Positions 18,513 to 28,336 are shown, counted from the first letter of the stretch. The stretch is DNA of 51,587 nucleotides from a bacterium (GCA_041739675.1 JBGSNL010000075.1:1-51587); one strand, 5' to 3'. The notes: generated from the sequence alone by a model not told the origin. Numbers and translations: made by a program.

Positions 18513-19757
18513 CTATTCGTATCTCAAAGTTACCACCGGATCTTCAGTTGTTGCCTGCGTCACCGGATACCATGATGCGATCATCGCAATAAAAATTCCG
18601 CATGCGACGAACACGGCCGTCCACACCGGGGACCATGCCACCGGCAGAACGTCCAGATAGTAGGAAGCAGGCAGGCGCAACGGTCTTTCCCGCAGGAAAA
18701 TGCACAGGAGCGAGCCCGCCCCTCCGCCTATGAGGCTTCCCACTGCGCCGATCCACATGCCGTGAAGCAGAAATATCTGCCTGATAGCGCGAGCGTTCAT
18801 TCCGGTCGCTCTAAGAATCGCTATATCCTTGCGCTTGGTGGAGACGACCATCATGAGCACCCCCACTATGGAAAACGACGCAATCAAAATGATGAGTATC
18901 AGAATTCCGCCCATCGCCAAGCGTTCCAGTTTGAGTGCCGCGAAGAGTTTTTTATTCTGCACGTCCCAGCTTTGAACCCGCCAGCCGTCGCCCAGATTTT
19001 CTCTCAGTAGACCTGCGATTCCGGCCGCTTTTTTTGGATCGGCAAGCATTATCTGAAAACCCTCCACGAGTTGCGCTCCAAGAAGACGTTTCGCCTCGCC
19101 TATGGAGACAAAACACACCTTGCTGTCATATTCAAAGACACCGGAACGGAACGCGCCGATGAGCGTGTAACTTCTCACCCTCGGCTCCAGCTCGCCCGTG
19201 GGGCCTACTTCGGCCAGCGGCGCCACAAGATCTATTCTGTCTTCAAAATCGGGATGGACCGTGAGTTGGGTGAGAATCTCGTCTCCCAGTATGATTCCGG
19301 GAAGCCTTGAAGCGTCTTTTTCTCCCGTCAGCTCGCCGAATTTTGCCGACCCTTCGGGAAAATAAAATTGGACCGTCTTCAAAAATCCCACCGTCTCATC
19401 GGTCATGGATCGCACCTTCACGCCCGCCGCAACTATCTCTCCCATCGACTTTGTCTGTGCGATTGCCTCTCCCTCAACGAAGGGTGTGACTTTTACACCT
19501 GCGGGCAGGAGCGACTGCAACTCGTCTTGCGAAACACTTTTTGCCTCTGCCGCGCGTGTGAGGGTGACATGCGAATTGAAACCCATGAATCTTTTTTCCA
19601 GCTCGCCGGAAAAACCGCGCATGATGGACAAGACGATGACGAGCGCCATCGTTCCGAGCGCTACGCCCCCGATGGACACAACGGTGAGAAGGGGCAGAAA
19701 TCTCTGGCGGTGCCGTAAACGAAAATATCGGCCCGCGATCCAGGATTGAATGCTCAT
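18513..19757 (-). CDS. LolC/LolE-family ABC permease
   Basis: IAGRYF, GVALGTMALVIVLSIMRGF, LFAALKLE, KRKDIAILRATG, C-terminal DPVVTLRYE. Confidence 0.92.
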   Translation of the reverse strand: MSIQSWIAGRYFRLRHRQRFLPLLTVVSIGGVALGTMALVIVLSIMRGFSGELEKRFMGFNSHVTLTRAAEAKSVSQDELQSLLPAGVKVTPFVEGEAIAQTKSMGEIVAAGVKVRSMTDETVGFLKTVQFYFPEGSAKFGELTGEKDASRLPGIILGDEILTQLTVHPDFEDRIDLVAPLAEVGPTGELEPRVRSYTLIGAFRSGVFEYDSKVCFVSIGEAKRLLGAQLVEGFQIMLADPKKAAGIAGLLRENLGDGWRVQSWDVQNKKLFAALKLERLAMGGILILIILIASFSIVGVLMMVVSTKRKDIAILRATGMNARAIRQIFLLHGMWIGAVGSLIGGGAGSLLCIFLRERPLRLPASYYLDVLPVAWSPVWTAVFVACGIFIAMIASWYPVTQATTEDPVVTLRYE

Positions 19758-21238
19758 GATTTGATCGGCTTCATCTGCGGGAACAATATGACGTCGCGTA
19801 TTGACGCCGCGTTAGTGAAAAGCATCACCAGTCTGTCGATGCCTATACCCTCCCCCGCTGCGGGCGGCATGCCGTGTTCCAGCGCTTCGATGAAATCCTC
19901 GTCAAAATGCATGGCTTCATCGTTTCCGCTGTAAAGCGCCTTGACCTGCTCTCTGAAACGTTCCGCCTGATCCTCAGGATCGTTGAGCTCCGAGAATGCG
20001 TTTGCCATCTCGCGGCCGTAGACGAAGAACTCGAACCTGTCGGTGACAGTCGGGTCCTTTTCGTTTTTTCTGGCGAGAGGCGAAACCTCGGTCGGATAAT
20101 GGGTGATGAACGTCGGCTGGATCAATTTCTTCTCGACCGTCAGCTCGAATATCTCCGTGAGTATCGCGCCCAGACCTTCATTTTTGCTCTTGAACTCGTC
20201 GCCCAGTTTTTTTGCGAACTCGAGCGCCTTTTCGCGCGATTCTATGATTGCGGGATCGAGGCCGGCCACCTTTGTAAGCGATTCCTTTAAAGTGTAGCGC
20301 GCAAACGGCCCTTTGAGATTGATCGCCGTGCCCTGATAATCGATCTCAGTCTTGCCCAAAACTTTTTCGGCAATGTGGCCGATGAGCTCCTCGGTCAACT
20401 TCATAAGATCTTCAAATGTGGCATAGCTCTGGTAGAATTCGAGCATCGTGAACTCGGGGTTGTGCTGGATCGATATCCCCTCGTTTCTGAAGTTTCTGTT
20501 GAGCTCATAGACGCGCTCCATTCCACCCACCAGGAGCCTTTTGAGATAAAGTTCCGGGGCGATCCTTAAGAAAAGATCGCAATCCAGCTTGTTGTGATGT
20601 GTGACGAAAGGTTTTGCGGCGGCGCCGCCGGGGATCTGATGCATCATCGGCGTTTCGACCTCCAGGAATCCCCTCGTATTGAAGAACTCCCTCACCGCTT
20701 GTATTATGGCGGAACGAGCCTGAAACGCCTTTTTGACGTCCTGATTAACGATCAGGTCGATGTATCGCTGGCGGTATCTTGCCTCGATGTCGGTCAAGCC
20801 GTGCCATTTTTCGGGAAGCGACCTTATGGCCTTAGTTACGATCTTCAAGTCGGCCACTTTGACGGTCAGCTCGCCTGTCTTTGTCTTGAAAACAGCCCCT
20901 TCAAAATAGACGAAATCGCCCACATCAACCATCTTGTAAAGTGTGAAGAGTTGCTCGCTAAGGTCTTGTTTTTGAACGAATACCTGTATCTTGCCTGTGC
21001 GATCTTGAATCTGCATGAAGGCGGCCTTCCCGAACGCCCTTATGGCCATCACGCGTCCGGCAACCGAAAAGCTATCTTTCACTTGCTCCAGCTCCTCTGG
21101 TGATTTCGCATCATATAAATGATGGAGCTCCCACGCCGTGGATTTGGGCACAACACCGTTCAAATAGGGGTTAAGACCCATTTCACGCAGTTTTTGAGCT
21201 TTTTCCTTCCTCTGTTTGATATATTCCACTTCAGACAT
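19754..21238 (-). CDS. lysS: Lysine--tRNA ligase (class II)
   Basis: RYRQRYIDL, FLEVETP, GGAAAKPF.THHN, LRIAPELYLKRL, FRNEG...HNPEF, GMPP..G.GIGIDRL. Confidence 0.98.
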   Translation of the reverse strand: MSEVEYIKQRKEKAQKLREMGLNPYLNGVVPKSTAWELHHLYDAKSPEELEQVKDSFSVAGRVMAIRAFGKAAFMQIQDRTGKIQVFVQKQDLSEQLFTLYKMVDVGDFVYFEGAVFKTKTGELTVKVADLKIVTKAIRSLPEKWHGLTDIEARYRQRYIDLIVNQDVKKAFQARSAIIQAVREFFNTRGFLEVETPMMHQIPGGAAAKPFVTHHNKLDCDLFLRIAPELYLKRLLVGGMERVYELNRNFRNEGISIQHNPEFTMLEFYQSYATFEDLMKLTEELIGHIAEKVLGKTEIDYQGTAINLKGPFARYTLKESLTKVAGLDPAIIESREKALEFAKKLGDEFKSKNEGLGAILTEIFELTVEKKLIQPTFITHYPTEVSPLARKNEKDPTVTDRFEFFVYGREMANAFSELNDPEDQAERFREQVKALYSGNDEAMHFDEDFIEALEHGMPPAAGEGIGIDRLVMLFTNAASIRDVILFPQMKPIKS

Positions 21239-21240
21239 TG

Positions 21241-22348
21241 CTATTCCTCCTTGCCGTATTCTAGAAGAAATCTTCTAATGAATTCATCGATATTCCCGTC
21301 CATCACCGAGTCGACGTTTCCCACTTCATATCCCGTACGGTGGTCCTTCACGAGCCTGTATGGCTGCATGACGTACGATCTTATCTGCGAGCCCCACTCG
21401 ATGCGCTTTTTCTTCTTTTCCATCTCTTCGCGCTCCTTGAGCTTCTTATCCATCTCGATCTCGTAGAGTTTTGCGCGCAAGATACGCATCGCCGTGGCCT
21501 TGTTCTGGTGCTGGCTTCTCTGGCTCTGGCATGCCACGACAATGCCGGAGGGTGCGTGAGTTATTCGGACGGCCGAATCGGTCTTGTTTACGTGCTGGCC
21601 GCCTGCGCCCCCTGAACGGAACGTGTCGATTCTAAGATCCGAATCCTTGATTTCAATTTCAATATCCTCTTCCACGTCGGGCAACACAAAAACCGATGCG
21701 AACGATGTGTGCCTGCGCTTGTTTGCGTCGAAAGGCGAGATGCGCACAAGACGATGAACGCCGCTTTCCGCCTTGAGATATCCGTAGACGCCCTCTCCGT
21801 TGATCGTCAACGTGACTGACCTGAAACCAGCCCCTTCCCCCGGCGTGAAATCGACGACTTCGTTCTGGTATCCCTTGGCGTCGGCCCACCGCCGGTACAT
21901 GCGAAGTAACATCTCCGCCCAGTCGCATGCCTCTGTTCCGCCGGCGCCGGCGTTGATCATGAGGATAGCCGGCGCGTGGTCGTGCTTTCCCGAAAACATC
22001 CTTTCGAATTCCATCTGATCGAGAGCGGTCGAGACACCATCCAGCTCGCGCTTGGCCTCCGATATCAGCTCTTCGGACTCTCCCCCCTCCGATTCGAGAT
22101 CAAGTATCGCCTCGACGTCGGCCAGGGCCCTTCCCTGTTCCTCAAAGCGCTTCACCTTAAGAAGGAGCTGGTCCCGCTCCTTCAATATCTGTTTTGCTTT
22201 TTGGGTATCGTTCCAGAACTCGGGATGGTTCGCATTTTCGCCCAGCTCCGCTATTTTCGATCTCTTGGCATCGATGTCAAAGATGCCCCCGTATCTCTTC
22301 GAGTCTCTTGGTGAGCGCCTCAAATCTGTCGGAAAGCTCCCTCGCCAT
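21241..22348 (-). CDS. prfB: Peptide chain release factor 2, translated through a programmed +1 frameshift
   Basis: ATG 22348 follows a GGAGG RBS and opens a 23-codon ORF (MARELSDRFEALTKRLEEIRGHL) ending CTT TGA C. The +1 frame carries SPF and GGQ. Confidence 0.97.
22276..22291 (-). other. RF2 programmed +1 ribosomal frameshift site
   Basis: Minus strand CGG GGG CAT CTT TGA C: internal SD-like GGGG plus the canonical CTT TGA C slippery site. Confidence 0.95.
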
Positions 22349-23923
22349 TTAAAAACCTCCTCTTTTTTTCTTAAGCCGCATCGTCAGTGCCATTATGAAC
22401 ATGAATGCCCCATATGCAATCGCGCCCCACGCGAACCAGTTGCCCAGCCGCGTGTAGGGGGAGATGAGATGAAGCATCGCAATGGATGCCACCATCATGG
22501 AGCGCTCAAATATTTGCGATTCCATCTGGATCCTTCCCCACGGATCGACGACGGCGGAGACACCTGAATTCGTCGCGCGTATGAGGAAGCGCCGGTTTTC
22601 AACGGCACGGAACACAGAAAGGGCCAGATGCTGGTACGGCGCGGAAGAAACCCCGTACCACGCGTCGTTCGTGATGTTTGCGAGAAATTCCGCGCCCGCG
22701 AGCGTCGTCTTTCTGCTTATCTCAGGGAATACGTCTTCATAGCATATGAGGATCCCCACTCTGTGGTCGTCGAAGACCAGCGGATCGTACGAAGTTCCTT
22801 CTATGAAATTCCCGATCGGCGAAGTCAGTTTTTTCGCGAAGAATAGTAATTTTTTGTAGGGTACGTATTCGCCGAACGGAACGAGATGCGCCTTGTGGTA
22901 CTGCCCCTCGATACGTCCGTGGGCGTCGAAAAGAAACGCGCTGTTATGAAAATTCCCCGACGGCTCTTCGGAAACCGCGCCCATGAGCGTGTATGGCTGC
23001 CTTGTCATCTCCATCTCGGTCAAGCCCAGAATCTGGGGCGGGATCGATGCCATCTGCGTCGACAAAGTATTGGGATATGACGCCTCGGGCCAGACGATTA
23101 GATCCACCGGCACGTCCCTCAATTTTGCAGCGGCCTCGCGGTGCACGTCCAGGTTTTTCCGCGCCTTGGTCTTATCCCACTTTTCCTCCTGCTCGATGTT
23201 GCCCTGGATCATTCCTATCTTGACCGTTGGTGCGCTGGGAAACGATTTGGGTATAGTATAGAGGCGGTATATTCCGTAACCCAAAATCAGAGCCGCGAGA
23301 AGCGTTGTGACAACCGTCTTCGCCCAGAAGTTCGTTATCTCCTCTTTTCTCAGCTTCAATATCAGTTCGGCAAAGTACTGGTTCACAAAGACCATGGCGA
23401 ATATGAGGCCGTAGACGCCCACAATATCCACGATCTGGATGGCCGGCAAAATTTTGTACTGCGACATCGCGACGTTCGACCACGGGAACCCGTTGCACGG
23501 AATGTAGTTCCTCGCGAATTCAAGCGCCACCCACATCACGGGAAGAAGAATTATCTGCTCCCCCTTGAAGTTCTTTACGATGAAGCGGGAGAGCATCGGG
23601 GCCACCGCTATGTATGCCGCGACAAAGACGACGAGCAGCACGTTAACGAGCCCGCTCGTGATCGCCGGCAATTTTCCGTACGTGTGCATCGCGCGGAAAA
23701 CCCAGTACAGCGAGCCGCCATACCAGATGATGGCGGAAAGGAACGTAAGCGCGAACGCTCTTCGCGCGCCCGCTTCGCGTATCGCCAAAAAAAGCGGGAC
23801 GAGCGCGACCCATCCTATTATGCCCAGCTCCGGTGCGCGCCATCCGAAAAAGACGGTCGGGAAGGAAAAGCAGACGAGTACGCCTGTGACGGCCGCGAAG
23901 ATAATTTGAGTGCGTGTCTTCAT
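22349..23923 (-). CDS. lnt: Apolipoprotein N-acyltransferase
   Basis: GFPW, QGNI, VWPE, K.HLVPFGEYVP, ICYE, NITNDAWY, RAVENRR..RATNSG. ATG 23923 overlaps the ybeY stop (ATGA). Confidence 0.96.
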   Translation of the reverse strand: MKTRTQIIFAAVTGVLVCFSFPTVFFGWRAPELGIIGWVALVPLFLAIREAGARRAFALTFLSAIIWYGGSLYWVFRAMHTYGKLPAITSGLVNVLLVVFVAAYIAVAPMLSRFIVKNFKGEQIILLPVMWVALEFARNYIPCNGFPWSNVAMSQYKILPAIQIVDIVGVYGLIFAMVFVNQYFAELILKLRKEEITNFWAKTVVTTLLAALILGYGIYRLYTIPKSFPSAPTVKIGMIQGNIEQEEKWDKTKARKNLDVHREAAAKLRDVPVDLIVWPEASYPNTLSTQMASIPPQILGLTEMEMTRQPYTLMGAVSEEPSGNFHNSAFLFDAHGRIEGQYHKAHLVPFGEYVPYKKLLFFAKKLTSPIGNFIEGTSYDPLVFDDHRVGILICYEDVFPEISRKTTLAGAEFLANITNDAWYGVSSAPYQHLALSVFRAVENRRFLIRATNSGVSAVVDPWGRIQMESQIFERSMMVASIAMLHLISPYTRLGNWFAWGAIAYGAFMFIMALTMRLKKKRGGF

Positions 23924-24360
23924 ATAATTTTTACCATCGATTCGAATTCCGCTATTTTCATTTTTTTCCATGGCAGAAGGGTTTCATCGCGAAAGCCTAA
24001 AGCGTGCAAAATGCCATGGAGAGCCAGAAGCGTCAATTCCCATCTCAAAGGGATCTTGCGTTCGCGTGCCTGTCTTTCAGCCGTGTCCAGTGAGATGACA
24101 ATTTCGCTCCCCTTCCCCGCCCGCCACGCGAGCCTCGCTCGCGAGGCGAGGCGGGCGGGCCCATCCGATGGGAACGACATGACGTCGGTGGGGCCGGCTA
24201 TCCCAAGAAACTCCTTGTGGAGCCTTGATATCTCCCTGTCATCCGTAAAAAAAATATCCACCCCGGTCTTCGGCCGCAGTTTTAATTTCTTAAGCGCCCG
24301 TTTTACGGCCGCGAGCGGTGCCGGCCGCCTTGGGTGAAGGTTTTGGAGGCTGATCCTCAA
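23920..24360 (-). CDS. ybeY: rRNA maturation RNase YbeY
   Basis: PTDVMSFP, IVISLDTA, HGILHALGF. Lies downstream of phoH and the HD phosphodiesterase as usual. Start codon uncertain. Confidence 0.88.
   Translation of the reverse strand: MRISLQNLHPRRPAPLAAVKRALKKLKLRPKTGVDIFFTDDREISRLHKEFLGIAGPTDVMSFPSDGPARLASRARLAWRAGKGSEIVISLDTAERQARERKIPLRWELTLLALHGILHALGFRDETLLPWKKMKIAEFESMVKII
24116..24159. repeat. GC-rich palindromic mini-element inserted in frame in ybeY
   Basis: CCCGCCCGCC (24116-25) and GGCGGGCGGG (24150-59) are perfect 10-bp inverted ends around an inner CGCGAGC-ctc-GCTCGCG hairpin. Encodes PARLASRARLAWRAG. Confidence 0.75.
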
Positions 24361-26656
24361 GCAATGTCTCCTCGTCTACAACATTCACCTCCGGTTCGGG
24401 CCTTGCCTCTTTCGGATATTCGATTCTCTGATGATAAAGGCCGAACAGGATGTGCGCAAACGCCTTTGCAATTTCATTCAGATCCTTGAGCGTGAGTTCG
24501 CACTCATCCAACTGCTCATCGGCGAAACAATCGTTGATCACCCTTTGCACCGTCTGCTGTATGCGCGTCGTGCTTTTTTCCTTGAGCGAGCGGACGGCCG
24601 CCTCGGAAACGTCCGCCAGCATCAGTATCGCCGCCTCGCGGGTCTGGGGTTTGGGGCCCGGATAATGGAAATCGGCCTCATTTATATTCTCATCGCCTGA
24701 CTGCATCGCCTTGGCCTTGTCGTAGAAGAAACTTATCGCGCGTGTGCCGTGGTGCTGTGGGATCATGTCGATGATCGATCTCGGAAGGTGCGCCTCCTCC
24801 GCCATCTCTATGCCCTCTTTGACGTGCGAGCTTATGATGAGTGCCGACATATGGGGCAAAAGTTTCGCGTGGCGGTCCTCCCCCTCTTTGCTGTTTTCAA
24901 CGAAGTAGAGGGGCTTTCTGATCTTTCCGATGTCGTGATAATAGGCGCCGACGCGCACCAGAAGCGGATTGGCGCCTATCGCCTCGGCCGCCGCTTCGGC
25001 CAGGATCCCCACCATGTGCGAGTGGTGATAGGTGCCGGGCGCCCTTACGATGAGTTCGCGCAGCAAGGGATGATTCAGGTTCGCAAGCTCCAGAAGTTTT
25101 ATGTCGGTCGTGTAATCCATGAGCGATTCGATGAGCGGCGCCACTACCATGACAAGAATTGCGCTGGAAATTCCGCCGAAGAACGCGCAGATCATGTGCC
25201 ATATGACGTCGGTCATAGAGGTCTGTGTGGCAATCGTGACCGTTCCCAGAAGTTTGAGGGCGAGGATCGCCACCGCTCCCACGAGCCCTGTGATCGCGCC
25301 GGCCTTGATGATCGTCGATCTTTTGTCCGCGTTTGCAATAGCTGTTATGCCCGCGATATTTGAGAGAAGGCAAAATGTCACAAACGTCAGATCCGATTCG
25401 GAAAATAGCGAAGCGAGAACGCTCACGAAGACCGCGAAGAGGAAGGAATCCTCCGCGTGCAGAAACATCCTGATGAGCATGGCCGATCCCGCAACCGGTA
25501 TTGCATAATATAATGACGCCGTGGGCAGTTGGTAGAGAAGAGCATCGTGAAGAACCGGTGCGAGTGCGAAACCTATACGCATTACCAGGAGGTTGACGAG
25601 CACCAGAACGCTCATGAGAAAGTAGTCCCGCTTCGTGGGATGGAAACGGCGGACGTACTTTTCGGCAAAATAGAATATGGCGACAAGAAACAAGATGACG
25701 AAAAGGATGGTTCCCAGAAACTCGATGGGATAGGCGCCGCTGCCGGTCTCCTTCCTGATCCCGCCCAGAATTTTGAGGTGCCTCGCTTCGAAGCGCGAGC
25801 CGTTTCTGATGATCATCTCGCCGGCCTTCACCTTCAAGATCACGTCCTGAACGTTTGCCGTCGCCGATTCGCGGCGCTGGTCGGTCTCGATGTTGTCAAA
25901 GCTCACGTTCGGTTGGGTGAGAGCCTCGGCCAGTGAGACGATCGCGGCGGAAGTGTCGGATGCCCTGAATTTCTCGCGGGGCAACGCCGTTTTTGCAACC
26001 TTTTCCCTTATTTCGGCGGTCGATGGTATGAGCGACGGATCGGCAAGCGTGTTTTCAGCAACTATCGTGACTTGCTCCCCCTCCGGCTTCATGTGCCGCA
26101 AGACGATTCCGCGTTCACGTTCCCCCGCGAGCATTCCTTTTTCCGCGATCACAGGCTGCGAGAGCCTTCCCATCACGATTGCTGCGAGTATCTGTTCCGC
26201 CCTTGAGCTGAAATTGTCTTTTGTGAGCGCCGCGAAATGCTCGGGCGAAACCTGCACTCCCAGTATCTGCGAAAATGATTCACGCGTCCCCTTGCCCCGC
26301 GCCGCATCAAATGCCTGGTGAATCCTGTCGGCCACCGACCTGGCCACGCCGGCGTCGAAATTGTAAACCGGAAGCACCGACTGAAGGGCATCCTGTCTCA
26401 GTTTGTCGGTGGCCTCTTCGTCTATTATTTCATAGTTGCGGTCCGCCTTGATGTCGCGTGTGGCGATCATCCCCTCTTCCATCCCCTTCGGGACGCGTTG
26501 CCACGAAAAGGTCGTGATTAGAGCGACCGCCGCGGCAAAAATGAGGATAAGTACCCAGGTGGCAGCGGGCGACCTCACAAAATCGCCGACCGAGGAAAAA
26601 TCCTCGCGTCTGGGCATTCCAAAAAAATCGCGGAGCTTTTTTACGCGCTCAGGCAT
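24290..26656 (-). CDS. 7TM-HD membrane phosphohydrolase (PgpH-like, HDIG)
   Basis: Extracellular 7TMR-HDED domain, 7 TM helices, LLELAN.NHPLL, APGTYHHS, YYHDIGK, QHHGT, YPGPKPQTREAAILMLAD..EAA. Confidence 0.92.
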   Translation of the reverse strand: MPERVKKLRDFFGMPRREDFSSVGDFVRSPAATWVLILIFAAAVALITTFSWQRVPKGMEEGMIATRDIKADRNYEIIDEEATDKLRQDALQSVLPVYNFDAGVARSVADRIHQAFDAARGKGTRESFSQILGVQVSPEHFAALTKDNFSSRAEQILAAIVMGRLSQPVIAEKGMLAGERERGIVLRHMKPEGEQVTIVAENTLADPSLIPSTAEIREKVAKTALPREKFRASDTSAAIVSLAEALTQPNVSFDNIETDQRRESATANVQDVILKVKAGEMIIRNGSRFEARHLKILGGIRKETGSGAYPIEFLGTILFVILFLVAIFYFAEKYVRRFHPTKRDYFLMSVLVLVNLLVMRIGFALAPVLHDALLYQLPTASLYYAIPVAGSAMLIRMFLHAEDSFLFAVFVSVLASLFSESDLTFVTFCLLSNIAGITAIANADKRSTIIKAGAITGLVGAVAILALKLLGTVTIATQTSMTDVIWHMICAFFGGISSAILVMVVAPLIESLMDYTTDIKLLELANLNHPLLRELIVRAPGTYHHSHMVGILAEAAAEAIGANPLLVRVGAYYHDIGKIRKPLYFVENSKEGEDRHAKLLPHMSALIISSHVKEGIEMAEEAHLPRSIIDMIPQHHGTRAISFFYDKAKAMQSGDENINEADFHYPGPKPQTREAAILMLADVSEAAVRSLKEKSTTRIQQTVQRVINDCFADEQLDECELTLKDLNEIAKAFAHILFGLYHQRIEYPKEARPEPEVNVVDEETLLEDQPPKPSPKAAGTARGRKTGA

Positions 26657-27638
26657 TGGCGCTCCTTCGTTCGTCCTCTTCGTACGCCTTCACTATATTT
26701 CCCACAAGCGGATGGCGGACGATGTCGGCCTCCGTGAACTGATGAAAGGCCATGCCCGGCATGCCCTTGAGTATCCGCCATGCCTCGACCATGCCCGACT
26801 TTGAGGTCTCGGGGAGATCCATCTGCGTGATGTCGCCTGTCACTACCATCTTTGAGTCGGCTCCAAGGCGCGTGAGGCACATCTTCATCTGCTGATAAGA
26901 CGTGTTCTGTGCTTCGTCGATGATGACAAAGGCGTTGTGGAGCGTGCGCCCGCGCATGAAGGCTATGGGGGCAATCTCTATGATGTCGCTCCCTATCATC
27001 TCCTCGACCCTGTCGACATCGAGCATATCGTAGAGCGCATCATAGAGAGGGCGAAGATAGGGGTTAACTTTTTCGACCATGTCGCCGGGGAGGAAGCCCA
27101 GTTTTTCCCCAGCCTCCACCGCCGGTCTTGCAAGGATGATCCGCTTGAACTGGCCTTTGAGAAGGAGGGAGACCGCCATAGCGCAGGCGAGATATGTTTT
27201 TCCCGTGCCGGCCGGCCCGATTGAAAGGACGATGTCATGGTCCTTGATCGCCTGAAGATAAGCCTTCTGCGACGGCGAGCGCGGCGTGATCGGCCTCTTT
27301 TTCGTAGGAATGACAATTGTGTCGGCGAAAAGTGTCTCCAGATTCGCATTTCGGTCATGGCACAATAGCTTTGCAGCATATTCAATATCGGCCGCGATGA
27401 TGGGATAGCCCTTCTTCACCATCTTGTAGAGCTGGGCAAGCGTCTGCTCCACGATGGAGGTGGATACCGCATCGCCCGATATTTTGATGTCGTTTCCGCG
27501 CGCGCTGATCTCGACTCCCATGGATTTTTCAAGGGCGCGAAGGTACGAATCCTCAGGGCCGAAAAGCGTGCGCGCGATGCGGTTATCGTCAAAGTGGAGA
27601 GTGACAACGGTAGCGGGAGAAACCTTTCTCTTTGCCAT
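26649..27638 (-). CDS. phoH: PhoH family ATPase
   Basis: GPAGTGKT, RPAVEAGEKLGFLPGD, PYLRPLYDAL, AFMRGRTL, DEAQN, GD.TQ.DL, VRHPLV. Confidence 0.96.
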   Translation of the reverse strand: MAKRKVSPATVVTLHFDDNRIARTLFGPEDSYLRALEKSMGVEISARGNDIKISGDAVSTSIVEQTLAQLYKMVKKGYPIIAADIEYAAKLLCHDRNANLETLFADTIVIPTKKRPITPRSPSQKAYLQAIKDHDIVLSIGPAGTGKTYLACAMAVSLLLKGQFKRIILARPAVEAGEKLGFLPGDMVEKVNPYLRPLYDALYDMLDVDRVEEMIGSDIIEIAPIAFMRGRTLHNAFVIIDEAQNTSYQQMKMCLTRLGADSKMVVTGDITQMDLPETSKSGMVEAWRILKGMPGMAFHQFTEADIVRHPLVGNIVKAYEEDERRSANA

Positions 27639-27644
27639 CTGATT

Positions 27645-28097
27645 CTATCTCCTCATTGGGGGCCTGCCCGTCGGCGGCGGTGCCGGTGCCTCGCCCATTA
27701 TCTGCACAAAAAATTCCCGGCGTTTCGCTTTCGTTTCAAAGTCGATCAGGACCACCTCTTCGCGCGCGGCCAGGACGAGTTTTCCCTTCTGAAGCGGCAG
27801 ATGCGCCGTTTTGCTCATCATTGCGGCCTTGATCCGCGGCGCGAGGGGTATCGGTTCCTTGCGGCGCGATAGTGTGGAGCCCTCACCCGGGAATATCTCA
27901 AGCGTTTCCTTGAAGGCGGCCACAATATCGGGCAGAGGTTCCAAAATGGCCAGTGCCGCGCCCGGCTCCGGGACTATAACGGTCACCAGGCCGTCGGGGA
28001 TCTTTGAATCCTTCACCGCGAAATTTATCTCATGAATTATGGAGATTACGTCAACTTCCCCCGTGGTGTTGACGAAGTAATTTTTCAGGAAAATCAT
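27645..28097 (-). CDS. YjbQ/UPF0047-family protein (divergent)
   Basis: V.TT...V.SI..EI..AVKDS.I.DGLV.V.VP, HLPLQKGKLVL...EEVVLIDF...RRE..VQIMGE. The conserved His positions appear substituted. Confidence 0.75.
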   Translation of the reverse strand: MIFLKNYFVNTTGEVDVISIIHEINFAVKDSKIPDGLVTVIVPEPGAALAILEPLPDIVAAFKETLEIFPGEGSTLSRRKEPIPLAPRIKAAMMSKTAHLPLQKGKLVLAAREEVVLIDFETKAKRREFFVQIMGEAPAPPPTGRPPMRR

Positions 28098-28105
28098 GGA
28101 CGTGG

Positions 28106-28134
28106 ACGCTATCTTAGAGCCGTGCGCGATGCAA
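28106..28134 (-). promoter_or_regulatory. Putative sigma70 promoter for a probably leaderless yjbQ-phoH transcript
   Basis: Minus strand TTGCAT-17 nt-TAGCGT, 8 nt before ATG 28097; no SD. Confidence 0.5.
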
Positions 28135-28336
28135 CTGGAAACTATTTGGCTCGCAGGCTTCAGGGGCAAGGCCATCAGGGGGCCGGCGTCGTTTTTGGGT
28201 TACGGCCCAAAAACGCGCCTTATCTCTCGGCGGCTGCATTATCATAGCCATGGACGCAGCCGCCTGCGGATGCCCCCTGATGACCTTACCCCTGCGCCTG
28301 CAGGTGACTTAATAAACAGGTTTCATCGCGCATGGC
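28119..28336. ncRNA. Candidate structured RNA or MITE-like element (long stem, central bubble, three-way junction)
   Basis: Pairings 28119-31/28324-36, 28153-83/28272-301, 28190-99/28206-15 and 28229-37/28256-64 fill the whole intergenic region. Confidence 0.55.

Noticed and set aside
21241..22348. prfB as a frameshifted pseudogene
   Set aside because: The break is the canonical programmed CTT TGA C site, and the SPF and GGQ motifs are intact.
23141..24337. 398-aa plus-strand ORF and many similar antisense or overlapping ORFs (e.g. 12570..13277, 13234..14010, 45154..45819)
   Set aside because: They are shadows of well-supported genes on the opposite strand in GC-rich DNA and have no recognisable motifs.
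28119..28336. SRP RNA, RNase P RNA or tmRNA
   Set aside because: I could not find the SRP helix-8 motif, the RNase P P4 consensus or tRNA-like ends on either strand.
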